DNA of 60,576 nt, filler included, from Sluysia triapertura (GCA_046118255.1; 4 parts of 4 records of this genome joined end to end with filler, not necessarily neighbours in it), one strand, 5' to 3'. Counted from the first letter of the whole stretch, positions 24,321-39,316 are shown. Notes: a model not told the origin generated them from the sequence alone. Numbers and translations are program-made.

Positions 24321-27300
24321 ATTTCGAAATACTTCTATCTTAAACCACATTCATGAAACAACTTTCACTGTACAGTTTCATCAATTAATATTCGATCTAC
24401 AATTGATAAAATTTAAGTTTCATACTGCGGATCTTAATTTGTATTTCTAATAAACGTATTTATCTTTATAAAAATGTTCAGATTTCACCTTAAAAACCTA
24501 ACAATTATAATTTTACTGCTACTGGGTCCGCCTATAATCTAAGTTTTATATCCAACGGAAGTCTGCGAAAAGTGTTTCTTAACTTCTAAAATGGAGGGTC
24601 TCTTTTATACGAAGTAAATCAAAGTTATAAATTTAACACAAGATTATTCTCTGGGTTATGATTCTTTATTTCTTTGACCTATTCTCAAAATCAAAACTAA
24701 AAAACACAGTACTTAATGCACTCTATGAAGGTATATTACTTAACAAAATATACAACAATTAAATCGAAATAACAACTTATAATAAATAATAACAAATTAT
24801 GTAAACTTTTAGGATTTCTCCTAAATAACAAAAATGATAATTTTAAAGTTGATTTTAACTCAGGTATAATACTTGAGCATAAAGTTTATATGTGTTTAAG
24901 TATGATATTAACACAAATATTAATGTGCAAAACCTAATATAAATAGCTTACTATTTTACAAAATTTGTTAATGAAAAGTGATCCTCTCAAATTGACAAAA
25001 GAATTGAATCCAATATTTTTCCTTTTCGAATCAATAATCGAATTGTTTCCCAACAAATTTTAATCGAATTAATCAATGTGATGTTTCCAAAGGAACCAAC
25101 AAACAATTTATCCAATATAGTAAGACTCGACGTTTTCCAAAGAATTAACCAACAATTGAACAACAATCAAGTTATCCACAAGTATAACAATCCTCTCGTA
25201 AAGATTTGAAAATAAGTATGCTTTTAAAAATTGTGAAATACATTTTAAAATCTTCAGCTATTTATATTGGTAGCTTTTTAATATGATAAGATTTTAGAAA
25301 AATACGATAATTATTTTATAATATTCATGCATATTAAAAAATCAAATTTTTAGTAAAATAGTTGAAAATTTTATTATTTTATCTAAAAGTAAATTTCAAT
25401 TTTTATCTAATTAACGTAAATCAAAGTTTTATTTTTATCTAAAAAATTTTTATTTGTAATTATCTGTTGTAATTATTTGAAAATTTTGTACTAATTAATT
25501 AATCATTTTGTTCATTGTTACATTTTAATTTATTTTAATACTACAACTATTCATTGACTTTTCAATATTTACAATTCAAAACTTACTTCACAAAATAGAA
25601 ATGTAAGATCTAAGAAATGTAAGAGCCTTAACTGTGAACAACTACGTAGGATTTTACAACCAACATAAACTTAAGAAAATTTAATGGTTGCTTTTGGGCT
25701 TTACTACCCTTCTAGTTTTACAATTTGAGGGCTCTTAATTATTTTAATTATTAATCACTACTAATAAATGATATAATTTCACGTTAGTAATGTCTTAAAC
25801 TGTGAATTGATCGTTATCTATGTTTCTAACTTAGAAATTAGATTTCATTTTCTTATGACATACCTTTATATGTTTATCCAATTTAATAATTGGGTTTAGG
25901 AGCAGGTCAAAAGTTTAATAAATATCACGAACAAATAAACACGCTTAATACTTGAATATTTATTATCAAAACAAAATCTATGTTTATGTAAAGATTAATA
26001 TGATTTTATTTATTTTGACTATTAATTCAGTTAACCTGAATAATTAATATTTTACTTTTGAGATTTTATAACAAAGTTTAAAGTTGTCGAAAAGTTTTGA
26101 TAGTTTAAATATGATTTTAGAACCCGGTAACGATGTAACTTTATAGGAATAAACTAACTTGTTAATAAATACTTTTCCAGCAAGCTTAAACTATTCCCAG
26201 AACTGATTGTAGAACTATTGATATAAATTCACCCAAATTTTTATAATAGTTTCGGTTATAATATTATCTAAAAATATCCTCACCTTTCACTAAATCTGAC
26301 ACTATGGTAGCATGTATATTAAAACCTGATAATTAATTAAAACTAATTCGTTGATAACTAATAATTTAAATAAAAACAATGGTGCATTGAACTCAATTAA
26401 CTATAAAAATGTTCGCAATTTTCAAATCAATTAAATCAACTTCATCAATCGGTAAGAATAATTTCCACTTAAAAAGATCTCATAAAATAGTAGCAACTAA
26501 TAAAAGTGAGTAAAATTCTAAATGAAAACGTGATTAAAAGACGTTCTTTTCTAAAATTATAATATATAAAAAGTATATTTTACAGTTGTGGTTGTAATAG
26601 TTTTATAATAATTAGCTTAAATTAAAAAATGTATGAAAATAAATTATGAAATTCACATGTGTTTTTATTATAATTTGAATTTATTTAATTTTCTTTTAAA
26701 ATAAACAATCAACAAACTTAGTGTAAATATGGAAACTTGTTTACTTTTTTTATTTTTCTTTATTGCAAGATGATTAAAATAATTTTTATAATCTTAAATT
26801 ATTATTTTACATAAATTTTGAAATTAAAATAAATAATTTTAAAAAAGAATTCATCTTTTATTTTCAATAGTAATAATAATAATATTTATTATTATTGCGC
26901 CTTTGTTAATAATATTAATTATTTATTAATTATCTTTCGAAGTTAAAGCACAAAATCAGAATAAGGTTTAATTGAACTTATATTATCAAATATCGAAAAA
27001 CACTAAACAGAATTAATCATAATGATTGTACCTATAAATTATAAATTACATTCACAAAACTACATTGACAACAGAACTACAATGATATAATTACAAAACC
27101 TTGAGTGTAATGTTCTTAAAATCACGTAAAATTAAATTTAATAATTCTACACAATATCGTTAGAATGAAAAATATTCAGCTGCACTGGAATAACAATTAC
27201 AATCATAAAAAAATATTAAAGAAATAAACTCGGTTATACAGAAGTTTTTTAATTATAGTTGTTTCATTAATTTGATATCGATAAGTTGTACACAAGCGGG

Positions 27301-28789
27301 ACACCAGCAATATCTTGGAGTTTGCTTAAGCTAAAAATTCTTTTATAAATTAATGTAATTAATTTGACAAGGGACATTAAATTATCAACCTCCTGATAGG
27401 ATTAATTAGTTCTATTTTATAAACTATTTTTTAACTTTAAAAAATATTTAACACTTTAGAATAACATTTAATAAAACTTTATTTCATTGAATTGCCATCA
27501 ACCTAAGTTTAGATAAGATTTTCTCTTTGTATAATAATTTTAATGTTTTTTATTATATAAGCATCACATTCAACAATGTATCTAGTTTATGTTTCTAGTT
27601 TATTTCATCGTACATAATTCTTTGCTAAAAATTTCAGCATTAATTAAAATAATTTCTCGTATTATATGTGCTAATTTGAAACCTATTTCCATGAACTTTT
27701 CATTTCCAAAATACATTTCCAAAATACATTTCCAAAAATAATACTTTAATTTAAAATTATCTTAAAAATTTTTAAAATATAATTCATTCTTTACAAATTT
27801 CATTATTACTACCATCACTACTACCATTATTATTTTAATGACTAATGTTATTAATAATCATATTATTAATTATTATTAATTTTATTATAATTATTATTAA
27901 CGTTATAATTATTATTATAATTATATTTATTATTATTATTTTTTATTATTATTAGTTAAACTATTATTAAATTTAAGCTTGACGGATATGTATAACTGTT
28001 AAAATTTTAAAAGAAAAATTAATTAAGCCTTCAACATTTTAATATTCATACACTTACCTCCTACACACTTACAAAACAGTTCATTTGCTTAAACTAAGCC
28101 ATATTCACAAGCTCATAATATACAAACCACAGTTACATCTAATACCATCAACTTACACCAACAAATTTATCTAAAATATGTAAATTATCTACCTTACACC
28201 TTCGAATCAATTACAACATCTTAAATTCACCATTTGTTTTTGCATGGTCACAAACAACACAATACAATACCATTCAAAAACATCAAATAAACAAATCACA
28301 TAAAACAGTACACAATAATATTTTAAATATACCAAGAGTTGCATTGTAGTTGCTTTTGACGTTTACCAAATTACACTCTTCTCAATAGGTCTTTTATTCA
28401 CGATTTTCCAAAATTTAAATATACTTTTAAGTGGAAACATACTTAAAAGTTTATTCCAGTGTTCCGCATTTAACTGCATTGCATAACAAATAACTTAAGA
28501 CGTTAATCACACATATAAATGCATTCTAACTAATCGGTAATCCACGATTATTACTCTCAAAATATGTTTAGAAATCTAGAAGAATTAAATGAAGAATTCA
28601 AGTTTATGTAATGCAATAAGAACAATAACTATAACATCATGCATCTTATTATTGTTGTTATTATATTTAATTTTATCATTTTTCTATTTCATTTCAATTT
28701 ATAATATGTTAAGAAGAAATTAGTAAAAGAAAGAAAGATCATGTGGTTTTCAACAAGACTTTATGCATTTCAATAACTTTTTCTTGTAT

Positions 28790-28795
28790 TATTAC

Positions 28796-28842
<47 letters not shown>
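28790..28842. repeat. (ATT)n microsatellite
   Basis: Tandem ATT. Similar tracts at ~7879-7918, 18606-18650, 33470-33525, 39262-39340, 49675-49735, 51163-51245 and 53522-53590; (AT)n at 31728-31747 and ~57947-57980. Confidence 0.9.
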
Positions 28843-28844
<2 letters not shown>

Positions 28845-29768
28845 ATTTTAATCTTAATCAAATAAAATTATATATCAATCAGCAAATTACCACAATTCAT
28901 AGTGATATAGTTAATCACTATGTCCAAATGAATGTCAGCATGAATAGTGGTTTGTCTATTGTGCATTGGTCCATCAATTGCCATTCTAGTTAATTTACTC
29001 ATATTACTGGCCATCCAACCAGAATGAAGTTTAATACTTTACAGATAGAGAATTCTGGTTGGATGACCAATCCCCGGTCATCATTTACTAAAATTAAGTA
29101 ATAATTAAAAATATCACATTATTCACAAAATTAGAAAACGTAATAGTTATTTCTCTTATCATTTTTATTGATTACCTGTGTGAACATGTTGCTATATGGG
29201 TGACACTCAGAAGAATTTATTCATCGGAATTTCAATTTAATGTTCAATTTAGAATCAAATAAGTTGATCATATTAACTGCTACAATTTCAAATGATATCC
29301 GGTCATTAAACTTTTATCAGTATAAGGTTTATAATGTAAAATTCGTTTCAAAAAGGACAAACCACTAATTTGGATTTTTATAATCTTAATAAATGCGGAA
29401 ATTCGGTTGATATAATTTTAAATACTATCAAAAACATTATCAATAACAAAAATAAAGAATGTTATAAAGTTTATAAGAATATTAATCATAATACAATAGT
29501 CATTCCGGATGTATACTTATGTACGTATTATAATTATGAATTGGCCAGTTCATTTAATAAATATGAGTCTATCCTGATCATGTTTTGTTTCTAATCAATA
29601 TGTTATAAAGAGATGTAGAATAAAGTTTATTGCAATTATCGGTAGTAAATTTCAATTTATGTTGACCCAAAATCCAGAATTTCATCATTGTACAAATATA
29701 ATTGAACCTATTTCGCTATATCAATGCCTACACGTCGTAATGATCATGACTGATGTGGTACTACATAT

Positions 29769-31533
29769 TTGCAATTATATCACTTTATAGAATTAAAGAG
29801 TAAGCATGATGAAAAAGATTTTGTTTGCGTATGCATAAATGTGCAAAAACGAACTGATGTTTTTAAACTGTCTTATACTTATGATGCACCTAATCATGTT
29901 AGAATCAATTCAAACGTAAATTTTTCTTTTATTTACTTTATATATATTTCAAGTTATAATTTTTATTCAGATGTCTCTTTAAGCGCGATGACTGGTAATG
30001 TACGTAGGAGCACAAAAAAGATATATTCAAATTTTGTTATTAAATTAAATAAAATTTTTTACGTTCATAAAGACTTTTCAGTTAATTTTCAAAATGTTAT
30101 CATAATCATAATATGTAAATGTTTTAAATTTGTTTTCGATAAAGGAGGTAATCGTTGTAACAAAAATAACATATATATTAAACTAGATTTCGAAAGTATA
30201 AGTCTTTTTCACGAAGATAGATGGCCTAAATTGAGTTTTAAAATGTATCTACCAATTTTACCAAATTTATATCACGTTAAACTAATACCTAAAGTGTTGT
30301 TAATCAAACCGAGAACAAATTTAGTTTATTGGCATAATAAAAATTCAATAACGTATAATAAATCAATACAAAATTGGTGCCAATCCTTTAAAATAACATT
30401 ACCAAATGTGTTATTTAGTATTTATGATTTGAAAATTAATTAATATTAGCTGCTTTACAGAACCAATAAAGATAGTTTTATAAGTTCAAAATATGAAGTT
30501 TTTTATTTTTTCGAATAAACTTCGTATAACGAGGTCTTATAACAGTACTCAGAGCCGATGGAGGCACATCAGTTTCACACTAGCAGTACCAAATAATTCT
30601 TTTTATAATCAATTAATTGTTTCCAAAATTCGATATTTGATTGAATATAAGGTCGCCTTGTTTCACATGCACATATAATGAACAATATTAATTCCTTCTA
30701 TAATGAAGTAGATAGATTTTGCGGTACTCCATTTACATTCCAAACTTTCTCAAAAATGAAATGGACTTACATTTTATTAATTATCTTTATGGAATGAATA
30801 CAATTCAACTACCATTGAACATTCAAACATTAGAAGGTTTTCAAGTAGTAAAGGCTTAAAGGTAAAAGCTAGATGAGCACTGAAAGTATCACTAATTATA
30901 TGGTTTTCATCTACACTCTCGTGTACAAGGATTCTGCTCTCTAATTAGTAGAAATATAACTGAAAGATTTAGAATCCAAGTAGAAACTAAAGAATTACCA
31001 ACAACATTTGATATTCTTTTTGAGAAACCGATGGATACAATAGATCTGATTCCATTGTTATATGAATCAGATGTTGATAACGTATGTAATTGGCAACAAG
31101 GCCTAACTTATACACATTTACCTCATGAGGATATAGCTAATAAGAATAATTTAATTTTTGTAGCAATAAATTTAGGTTTCGATTTCCGAGTTTGTTTCAC
31201 ACCACAATTCCATTCTGAAGAACTTATAAAACAAAGAATGAGAATTAAGAACTTTCTTACGATGGAATACGGATTGCGTGAAAACGATCTAAAAATGCTA
31301 AAGATATAGCAGAAATAAGATAAATTTAGTTAATTGCGTTGTATGATAAAGTACTTGTTGCCTGCCTACCTGAATTCATTATTAGAACATTTCGGACACC
31401 TTTTGGACGACTACGTGGTATTGTCAATCTCACCTGCACAAATTTAGTGTCATACTCATCATTTCATCCTTCAAATTATGCGAGAAAAGTTTTAAAACTT
31501 TTATATCCATTTCCACCAAAGATACTTCTATAA
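29769..31533 (+). pseudogene. Degraded intronless gene of unknown family
   Basis: Four same-strand ORF fragments (224, 61, 92, 64 aa) with globular-protein composition, separated by stops and frameshifts; no motif recognised. Confidence 0.35.
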
Positions 31534-31747
31534 AATTAGCTTAGGACTACGTATCACTTTAAATAAACAAAAAGACGCATCATTTTTACCGCACATAATT
31601 AATAAACATTTGGATGATCTAAATCTTGTTCTTTGTTACTGTGACGGTATGCATATGAATCATTGATGACTATTAACACAAAACATTGATGACTATTAAA
31701 ACATTGAAATATTAATGGCTTGATGGATATATATATATATATATATA

Positions 31748-31847
31748 NNNNNNNNNNNNNNNNNNNNNNNNNNNNNNNNNNNNNNNNNNNNTTAATTAAT
31801 TAANNNNNNNNNNNNNNNNNNNNNNNNNNNNNNNNNNNNNNNNNNNN
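31748..31847. other. Artificial contig spacer
   Basis: 44 N + TTAATTAATTAA + 44 N. Confidence 0.95.
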
Positions 31848-33476
31848 CTAATTCAAAACGAACGTAAAAATATGTTTGCTATTTTCTTATTTGAACAACA
31901 GTTTATTGAATTACTTTTGAGACAAAATTGTAAACAACTACAAACACCCTAAAGATCTTCGCACACAAAATCATTACTCCATAAAATGGTGCCAGGAGAA
32001 CTTCTCCCCAAATCTATGCAGGGATTACTCCCCCATAAAAGCATAACATATAAGCAGAATAATTTGGAGTTGATTTTTATTATCAAAGAGCAGTTTACAT
32101 TATAAACAGAGTTTAAAGTTATACTAGTTTTAAATGGAGATTTTGTGACACCTAACTTTCATGAATTTTAACTTCTATGTAAAACTTAAAAAACTATTTT
32201 GTTTGTAAAGTTATTACACAAAGTTGGTCCTAATTAATCATTTGTTTCTCTATTCGACATTGACCAATAATTTTTGGCAACAGCTGATTGAAATATTAAT
32301 TCAGTTAGAAATTACTTGTTATGTACCTATTACATAAAAACAAGCGCGTTCAATAATTATAATTAGTAATTATTGCATAATTATGTGGGAATATTTCTTA
32401 TTTAAAGTGCATATTAAATTATTGAATTAGGAAATTAAAAACATTGTTGTGCTTAAATACTAAGTACATTTTTAATTGTATTAAAGTATAAGTTATGGAC
32501 ACGCCTACTTTAAGTTATAAGACAGTAACTCGAACCAATAAAATCAATAAGTTCACTTCAGTAAAAATAAATAAACCTGGTCATGTACGAAACATTTTAA
32601 ACAGAAAAGATAAAATATTTTATTAAATACTTATAGTTAGAATTTTTATAAACTTAAGCAAATGATTAATGAATCTTTACTGGATGTACAATCTTAGAAA
32701 AATTATAGTCAACTTCATAATATTAATACTGACACATTGCATGCGGGCAATGTAATTTTACATTTTTGCAGTTTGTCACTGGAGTGCAGGTCACGTAAAA
32801 ATATGTATTTAGCATATTTGTGCTAGAGAGCAGGTATAGCATAAATACAATGGGTATTGTATGTATGGTGTTTACGTTGCCAGACAACGCTTTGTATTGT
32901 TTCTTCCTGGAAGTTTCGTTTGTCGAGTTCGTCGGTCTTTTACTGATTTTACTGAATGACTAAACTCCCGCAGGATTCACCAAATGACGTCCGTTGCTCG
33001 AGTAAGTCCACGAAGTATACCCAATGTGGTGGCCAACCTTTCATTTAAAATTGCAAATATTTCAAAAAGCATTAAAACTTGTAAATATATCAACATTTTA
33101 AGTTGATAACATTTAAAATCATTAAATTTATATTTCAAAATTATTTTAATATTCTAAAACTCTACTCTTTATCAATAAAATCATTAATAATATCAAAAAC
33201 CATTAAATTCACATTTTAAATTTTCAAAATATTAAATTAAATAGAATTTCTTCTTAACACCTTAACTGCATTATTACTTTTTCTAGATATTTCTTCATGA
33301 ATCTTCTATATTTTTATTTTACACCACAAAAACAAGAAAAAGAAATATATCAGATAATATATCAAGAATTTAAAGATTTGTGTTTTATTTATTTGTTATT
33401 AGTTTTATTACTTATTATTATTATTTTTAATATTATTATTTTATTATTAGTTACAATTTCGTTATTATTATTATTG

Positions 33477-33522
<46 letters not shown>

Positions 33523-34179
33523 TACTTCATTACTATATTACTTTTAACATTACATTATTATATTCATTATTATTGTTAATTACTATCATTATTATTACTT
33601 CGACTCATCTCATTAATACTATCATTATCATTTCTGATTATCACATCAACTAATTTAACGTCACATCACTTTGGACAGTAATTACGTCTAATTACGTTAC
33701 ACACATACTGCTACTGCCACTAATAATTACTATTTGGTCACTCATCCAACCACATATCGTTGCATAATGCACTGATGATTGGCTCAATTAACTGATACTG
33801 AACAAAAACTAGATTCACATTTAATATTGTATGATTAAAAAATTTGAGTAAAAAATCTATTTTAATTACATTCAAAAGTTTTACAATGGCAAAGTATTGA
33901 AAATTCAGACTGTTTATTCTAATTTTAAAATTCGTAAATACATTAATCGAATTATATCACCTAAAATTGAATGCTAAAATGCTCGTGACTTCTTCAGTGA
34001 CCGATAATAGAACTAAGAGACCATTGTCAATATCAATGGAAAAAGTGAGTAAAATGAATGATAGTCCATACAATTTATCAATGTAAAATACAAGATATAG
34101 CAATAAAAATATCAGACTGTGATTTTCTGACAAATCAAAAAAGATCGGCTTCAAATTTAAAATTAAGATAGGACAATAA

Positions 34180-34815
34180 ATGTGTAAGCCGGAAAAATTT
34201 TATGTCTTCAATTCAATTACAAGATTTTCTCAAAAGAGGATTGGAAGATGTAATTTATTAGATACTCGTGAAGTAAGAAAATGTAAAGCTGCCTACATTG
34301 TTGTAGCTTATTCTGTAAATTTCAATTCAAGATCTATAAAAGTAAAGAAAGATATCCAGTGTTTGATTAAAACAAGACCTGAAGATAATGTGATCATTTA
34401 TAATAATAAAGGTGAAATAAATGATTTATTAAGTACTTTCATTGGTCTTGCACAACAGTTTTCCACGTAGGTTAAAATTTTAGAAGATGTTTATGATATG
34501 TTCTTTAAATATTGTCAAAAAGAATGCTTTGAGATATCAATAAATCAAGATGATTAAAGTCATACAGATAATTCTATTCCAGAAGATAATTTTAATGCTT
34601 ATATGATAGAAATATTACCATATTTGTTTATAGGAAATGAAATTCACGCAATTAATTTTAAAATGTTAGAATAAAAAAGAATAATTCATTTTCTGAGCGT
34701 TACGCATTATGTCAAATTTAATCGAAATAAATTCACTTACGAATGGTTGAAGATTGTCGATATGAACAAGGAAAACGTGTGGAAACATGTTCATGAAGCC
34801 AATAATTTTTATTGC
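34180..34815 (+). pseudogene. MAP kinase phosphatase (DUSP)-like: rhodanese domain plus truncated DSP domain
   Basis: LLDTR...AAYIVVAYSVN, NVIIYN, VKILEDVYDMF (rhodanese), then in the same frame through stops IEILPYLFIGNEIHAINFKML..RIIHFLSVT...YEWLKIVDMNKENVWKHVHEANNF (DSP N-half). No HCX5R motif seen; no introns. Confidence 0.75.
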
Positions 34816-35059
34816 TAGAGATAATGTTTAATCTAATTGATTTCGAAAGATCATATAAAGTGGAATTCTTCCCATACAGTGAACATTTCTATTTTACTCG
34901 TCTTGTGAAAGCAATTTCAAATGAAAGATTTGAAGATACGAGGAACTATCTTAGTGAAATCATGATTAGTCACAGAAAACCTCCAATGCGTTAAAAAATG
35001 AATCCCATTCTTGGACATATGGACGTTTCATCAACAATAATCTTCATGAAGCCACAATC

Positions 35060-35180
35060 GAGCCGTGTTATGTCTGTTTGGCACGGATGAACTTGGTTTA
35101 TGCATCATGTTTATGGTTCATTGTTCGTTCATGTCGATATTGTCACAATGTTCCAGAATTGTTTCCGTTCCTTAAGTGAA
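35060..35180 (+). pseudogene. Degenerate RING-finger fragment
   Basis: EPCYVCLARMNLVYASCLWFIVRSCRYCHNVPELFPFLK retains RING-like spacing with several ligands lost. Confidence 0.4.
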
Positions 35181-37849
35181 GGCAGTTTCAATGACGACTT
35201 AGAGCACGAATCAACAATTTATTAAAGTCAATACAGATTAATCAAATTAATTTGAATCCTACAACCAACCAAGACCAGGTCGATGTTAAAGATAAAATCC
35301 ATTTAAATGCTCTTACTGATGATACAGAACTAAAAAACTTGTAATAGTCCAAAACTTAAACTGCTCAACAACTATGCTTATAAATTTAACATTTCATAAT
35401 CTTTTTGTTGTTCTAATTGACGTAATTAATAAATTTTTAGCACTTTACTTAATAAATTTAACGGACAAAGATTTTAATCATAATTTAGTGAAAATTTATC
35501 ATTTTAAATTAATGAATGATAATTATAAGATTTTAATTTTCGTTTTCATAAAAATTAATAAAATTATAATTTAATAAGCAACAAAAACAAAATATTCTAT
35601 AAATACCCAAACTCGAACGCCGAGTGTTAATACAACTACTAATAATAACAATAACACAAACCCTTTGTAAGAGTAGACATCCTGCTACCAAAACAACAGT
35701 AAAACAGACAGAAATTAAAGTCATAAATATACCAACACCAACGTTTCTCTTAATTTCTAGTAATGAAATTATCCATCCGCTAAAATAAAAAATTTGGAAA
35801 TATAAATTTATATTGTAATACTCTTATCAATGCCAACTTAATTTTTCATATTTGAAATATTGGATTTAATATCCTTTAAATTAAAATTAATTTTGTTAAT
35901 AAAAAGTAGTTTACATTGATGAGGAACGAAACTTACGTATTTTTGGTGTAATATTTTATCACAATTAGTGCTAAAAACAAGGTACAAAAAAATTAAATAT
36001 ACATTTAATATATAAAATATATAATTTAACTATTTCAATTATATAAATTGAAGTATAAATACTGAATCAAATTAGGGCAATAATAATTTTAATATTCATA
36101 ATAATGATAATAGTAGTAATAATGATAGTAATTGTATACGTAATAATCGTAGTAAATAATAACTTACAAAATTAATCAGTGTAGGCTGTAATAAAGCATA
36201 TATAAAAATAATTTTATTTCTAAAAATAGCGCAATACACGCCTATTCGTACAATTTGAGACTATATAAGCTGATGCTAAATCAGCTTTAAAAAATAGAAA
36301 TTTATGAAACGTGTAGTTTTAAAAACTCAAATCATTATCAATTACATCATGAGCAAATTCGAGTTTGTACTTGTGAACATAATTTCGTCATCAATTATTT
36401 TTAAAAAGAAAATTACTCATGTCTTTGGGTTTGCCAGAGAAATATATAATTAATTCCGTTAGATTGAATTAATCCAAGATTAAGTCTTGTTTAAGGCAAT
36501 AAATAAAATCCTACTTAAAATCTTATTAAGTTTTTGCACGATAATTTAATATATTACCGAAAAAATTGTAAATAAATTTCACTAAATGAACATCAAGATA
36601 AACTTAATGTATAAACTTCACATTATCTTGTTTATTTATTTTTGATCTCTACAACTACAAATAGTTTTATTATTCGAATAATATATAGCCATACGAACAG
36701 AATAAAAACTTCACTAGGCCCAAAATTGTGATAAGAAAGCCAACAAGTACTGTGCAGCAGTCAACTTATAGTTCCTTCAAGAATATTATGAGCTCAAGGA
36801 GTTATAAAAATTGTGAAAGGTAGGACACCCAAAACTAGAGAAAATAATATAAATTGTTTTATTTTACCAGCATTTATTTTAAGTTTGTCATTTTTCATCC
36901 AAAACACTATGTAAGCTATGATGGAATTGTGAAACTTATAGACACATAATGCTTAATAAATATTACTTACTTAAAATAAATGATTAATTTAAAAAACTTG
37001 CAACAAACAGAATATTGATTTCTATTGAATTTTTATTTTATGCAAAATCAGTAATTGTTAGAATAATATGCATTTAAAACAAACTTTCTATGTTGATTAT
37101 TTTATTGTGTTTAGATAATAAAACTAAGATAAACAGCACTACCAAATAATGAACTGAAAAGAATTTTAGTATGAAAACTCGCAAAACTGAAATAAGACTC
37201 TTATCAAAATGCAAAAAATTATAAAACTATGCTAACACATACCGAAATATAATACGTAGATAAGAAATGTTTAATAAATGAGTTTCGTAATTAAGGAGTT
37301 ACAAATTTAAATAAGAGTGTGGTGGTTAGTTTTATTCCATACCATTATTTTATTTTGGATTGAAAATGGTACAATTATTCTGACTTCAATTAATTAGTAT
37401 TAATTGTTAATTAATCAAATTTTTTAAATAATTAAAATGTATTTTAATATTTTGATGTGCGATTTACTTTTTGATAAAAATATCAATTCAGTAGCTTTTC
37501 ATTTAATTCATATTAACACTTAAAATAACATCACCACTTTGCAAATCGCACTTTAAATAGTAAATTAAAATCTAGGGCATTATTTTAAAACCTGTTATTA
37601 AAATAGGCCACATTTTAAATAGTGGAATAAAATCATTTATTTATTATAGTAAAAATTATTACGTGATATTTGTTTGTCATAATGAAGTTGCTGAGTAAAT
37701 ACTTATTAACGTAAAACATAACTAGTTATATACGTTCACATTAAGTAGAAATCATATTTGACCTTCACTTTGTTAAGAAAAGTGTGGACAAGTCATTTGT
37801 TGTAAGCCTTGTATCACTTTTCATTTATGATAGGACGATTTTTTAATTA

Positions 37850-38670
37850 AGAGAAATTTATAATCTTACAATAAAATAAAACGAAACTTTAATAATAAAC
37901 GTATAAAAGTTAAAAGTACCAGCATTCTTGATAACTTTAAAGAAACAGCTAAAAAATCCGAAATTAAGAAAGAAACATCTCGAAAATACACTTGACTTTA
38001 GAAAGTGAAAACAAAAATATTTTAAGAATAGGGAATAAAACTCACTACACTTAACTAGCTTGCAGAGAAATCTACGAATTAACGTAAAAACTAATAAAGA
38101 ATGAAATAACAAATGAATTATGACCAAACCAATATTATAGGAAAAAATTTTAAAAATATGGCCATATAACGAAAATACATATTAAAATCATTCATATGGA
38201 AAGAAAGTGACCAAGTAATTTGAAATTAATTTTAAGTATAACTTGTCTATTGAAAAGTTATTAAGGGATAGAAATGAAAAAAATTATTGGTCATGGTATA
38301 CTTTGACAAGTTTAATTGATTATTTTATCAAGAATAACTTGGTTTTAATTAAACAATTCGAAAATAATTTAATTTTTTAATCAATTTTCCAGTTAGAAGG
38401 CACAAATATAAACAAAAACATTATAATTACACGGGATTTACAATCATATATTGTACATCGATTAAAAAAGGATTTTGTAATTCCATACAAGAATTCACGA
38501 ATTTCACATTAGTAAATAATATAGTTTTAAGGAAGCATTAAAAATATCAAAATATGACTTTAATGAAAATGAAATAGAAATAGCAATAAATACATCGAAA
38601 AATCACGATGTACAGTTCAAACCAAAAATTAAAGTTCGACTAATTTTGCCTTATGGATAGAAATAGGTCA
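37850..38670 (+). mobile_element. Penelope-like RT relic
   Basis: Fragments FQLEG..KYKQ (F.F.G..Y.Q motif, ~38387) and KIKVRLILPYG (LPY motif, ~38630); heavily disrupted. Confidence 0.35.
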
Positions 38671-38790
38671 ATCATTTATATAGCAAGAGAATATAATTTA
38701 AGAAAATAATTTATTATTTAATTAAGTTATTTTCTAATTTATTCTAATGACAAATTATCTAAAATTTTAAATGCAACTTTCTGATTACAT

Positions 38791-39225
38791 ATGTAATATA
38801 GTATTCACTAAACTTTAAAATTGATTTAATTTAAAATTATTTTGAAGTAAAATTAAGAAAATTTCTATTAGGATTAAAATGCTTTTCATCAATTTAAAAT
38901 GAGAATTAATATAAATTCAAAATTTAAGAACAAATAACGTTTAATTTCAGCTTTAATAAAAAAAGAGTCATTTTAAAATGAGATTTTATAAAGGTAATAT
39001 GACATTAAATTGTAACATAATGTTTGAGTCAAAATTATATTAATTTGAGATCAAGTAAAATTAGTATACAAATAAAAATTAATAGCATTATTCTCGATCA
39101 AAATCCATTTAAATTAAAGATTGAAAGAATGTTATACTAAATTTAAAAGCATTTTAATCGACAAAAACGTTACTAAAATGAGATTAAATATAAATTATAT
39201 GAAATTAAAGATTATTTGGACAAAG
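38791..39225 (+). repeat. Dispersed duplication, paralog at ~47182-47680
   Basis: Shared colinear blocks ttaatataaattcaaaatttaa, tcattttaaaatgagatt, gagtcaaaattata, cattattctcgatcaaaat, aaatttaaaagcattttaatcga. Confidence 0.85.
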
Positions 39226-39261
39226 GAAAAATCTAGTATTTTGCCTTATAGTAGTGAATTA

Positions 39262-39316
<55 letters not shown>

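Noticed and set aside
26100-27320. Cadherin-like scraps on the minus strand (FNAPLF, DIAGVPL)
   Set aside because: Motifs too short and disrupted to support a call.
28030-28320. C/A-rich possible non-LTR retrotransposon 3' remnant
   Set aside because: Only compositional bias and a vague peptide resemblance; no diagnostic RT motif.
33297-33653. Poly-Tyr/Ile/Leu ORFs (also 15189-15374, 18507-18743, 39121-39330, 47772-48008)
   Set aside because: Translations of (ATT)n microsatellites or AT-rich low-complexity DNA.
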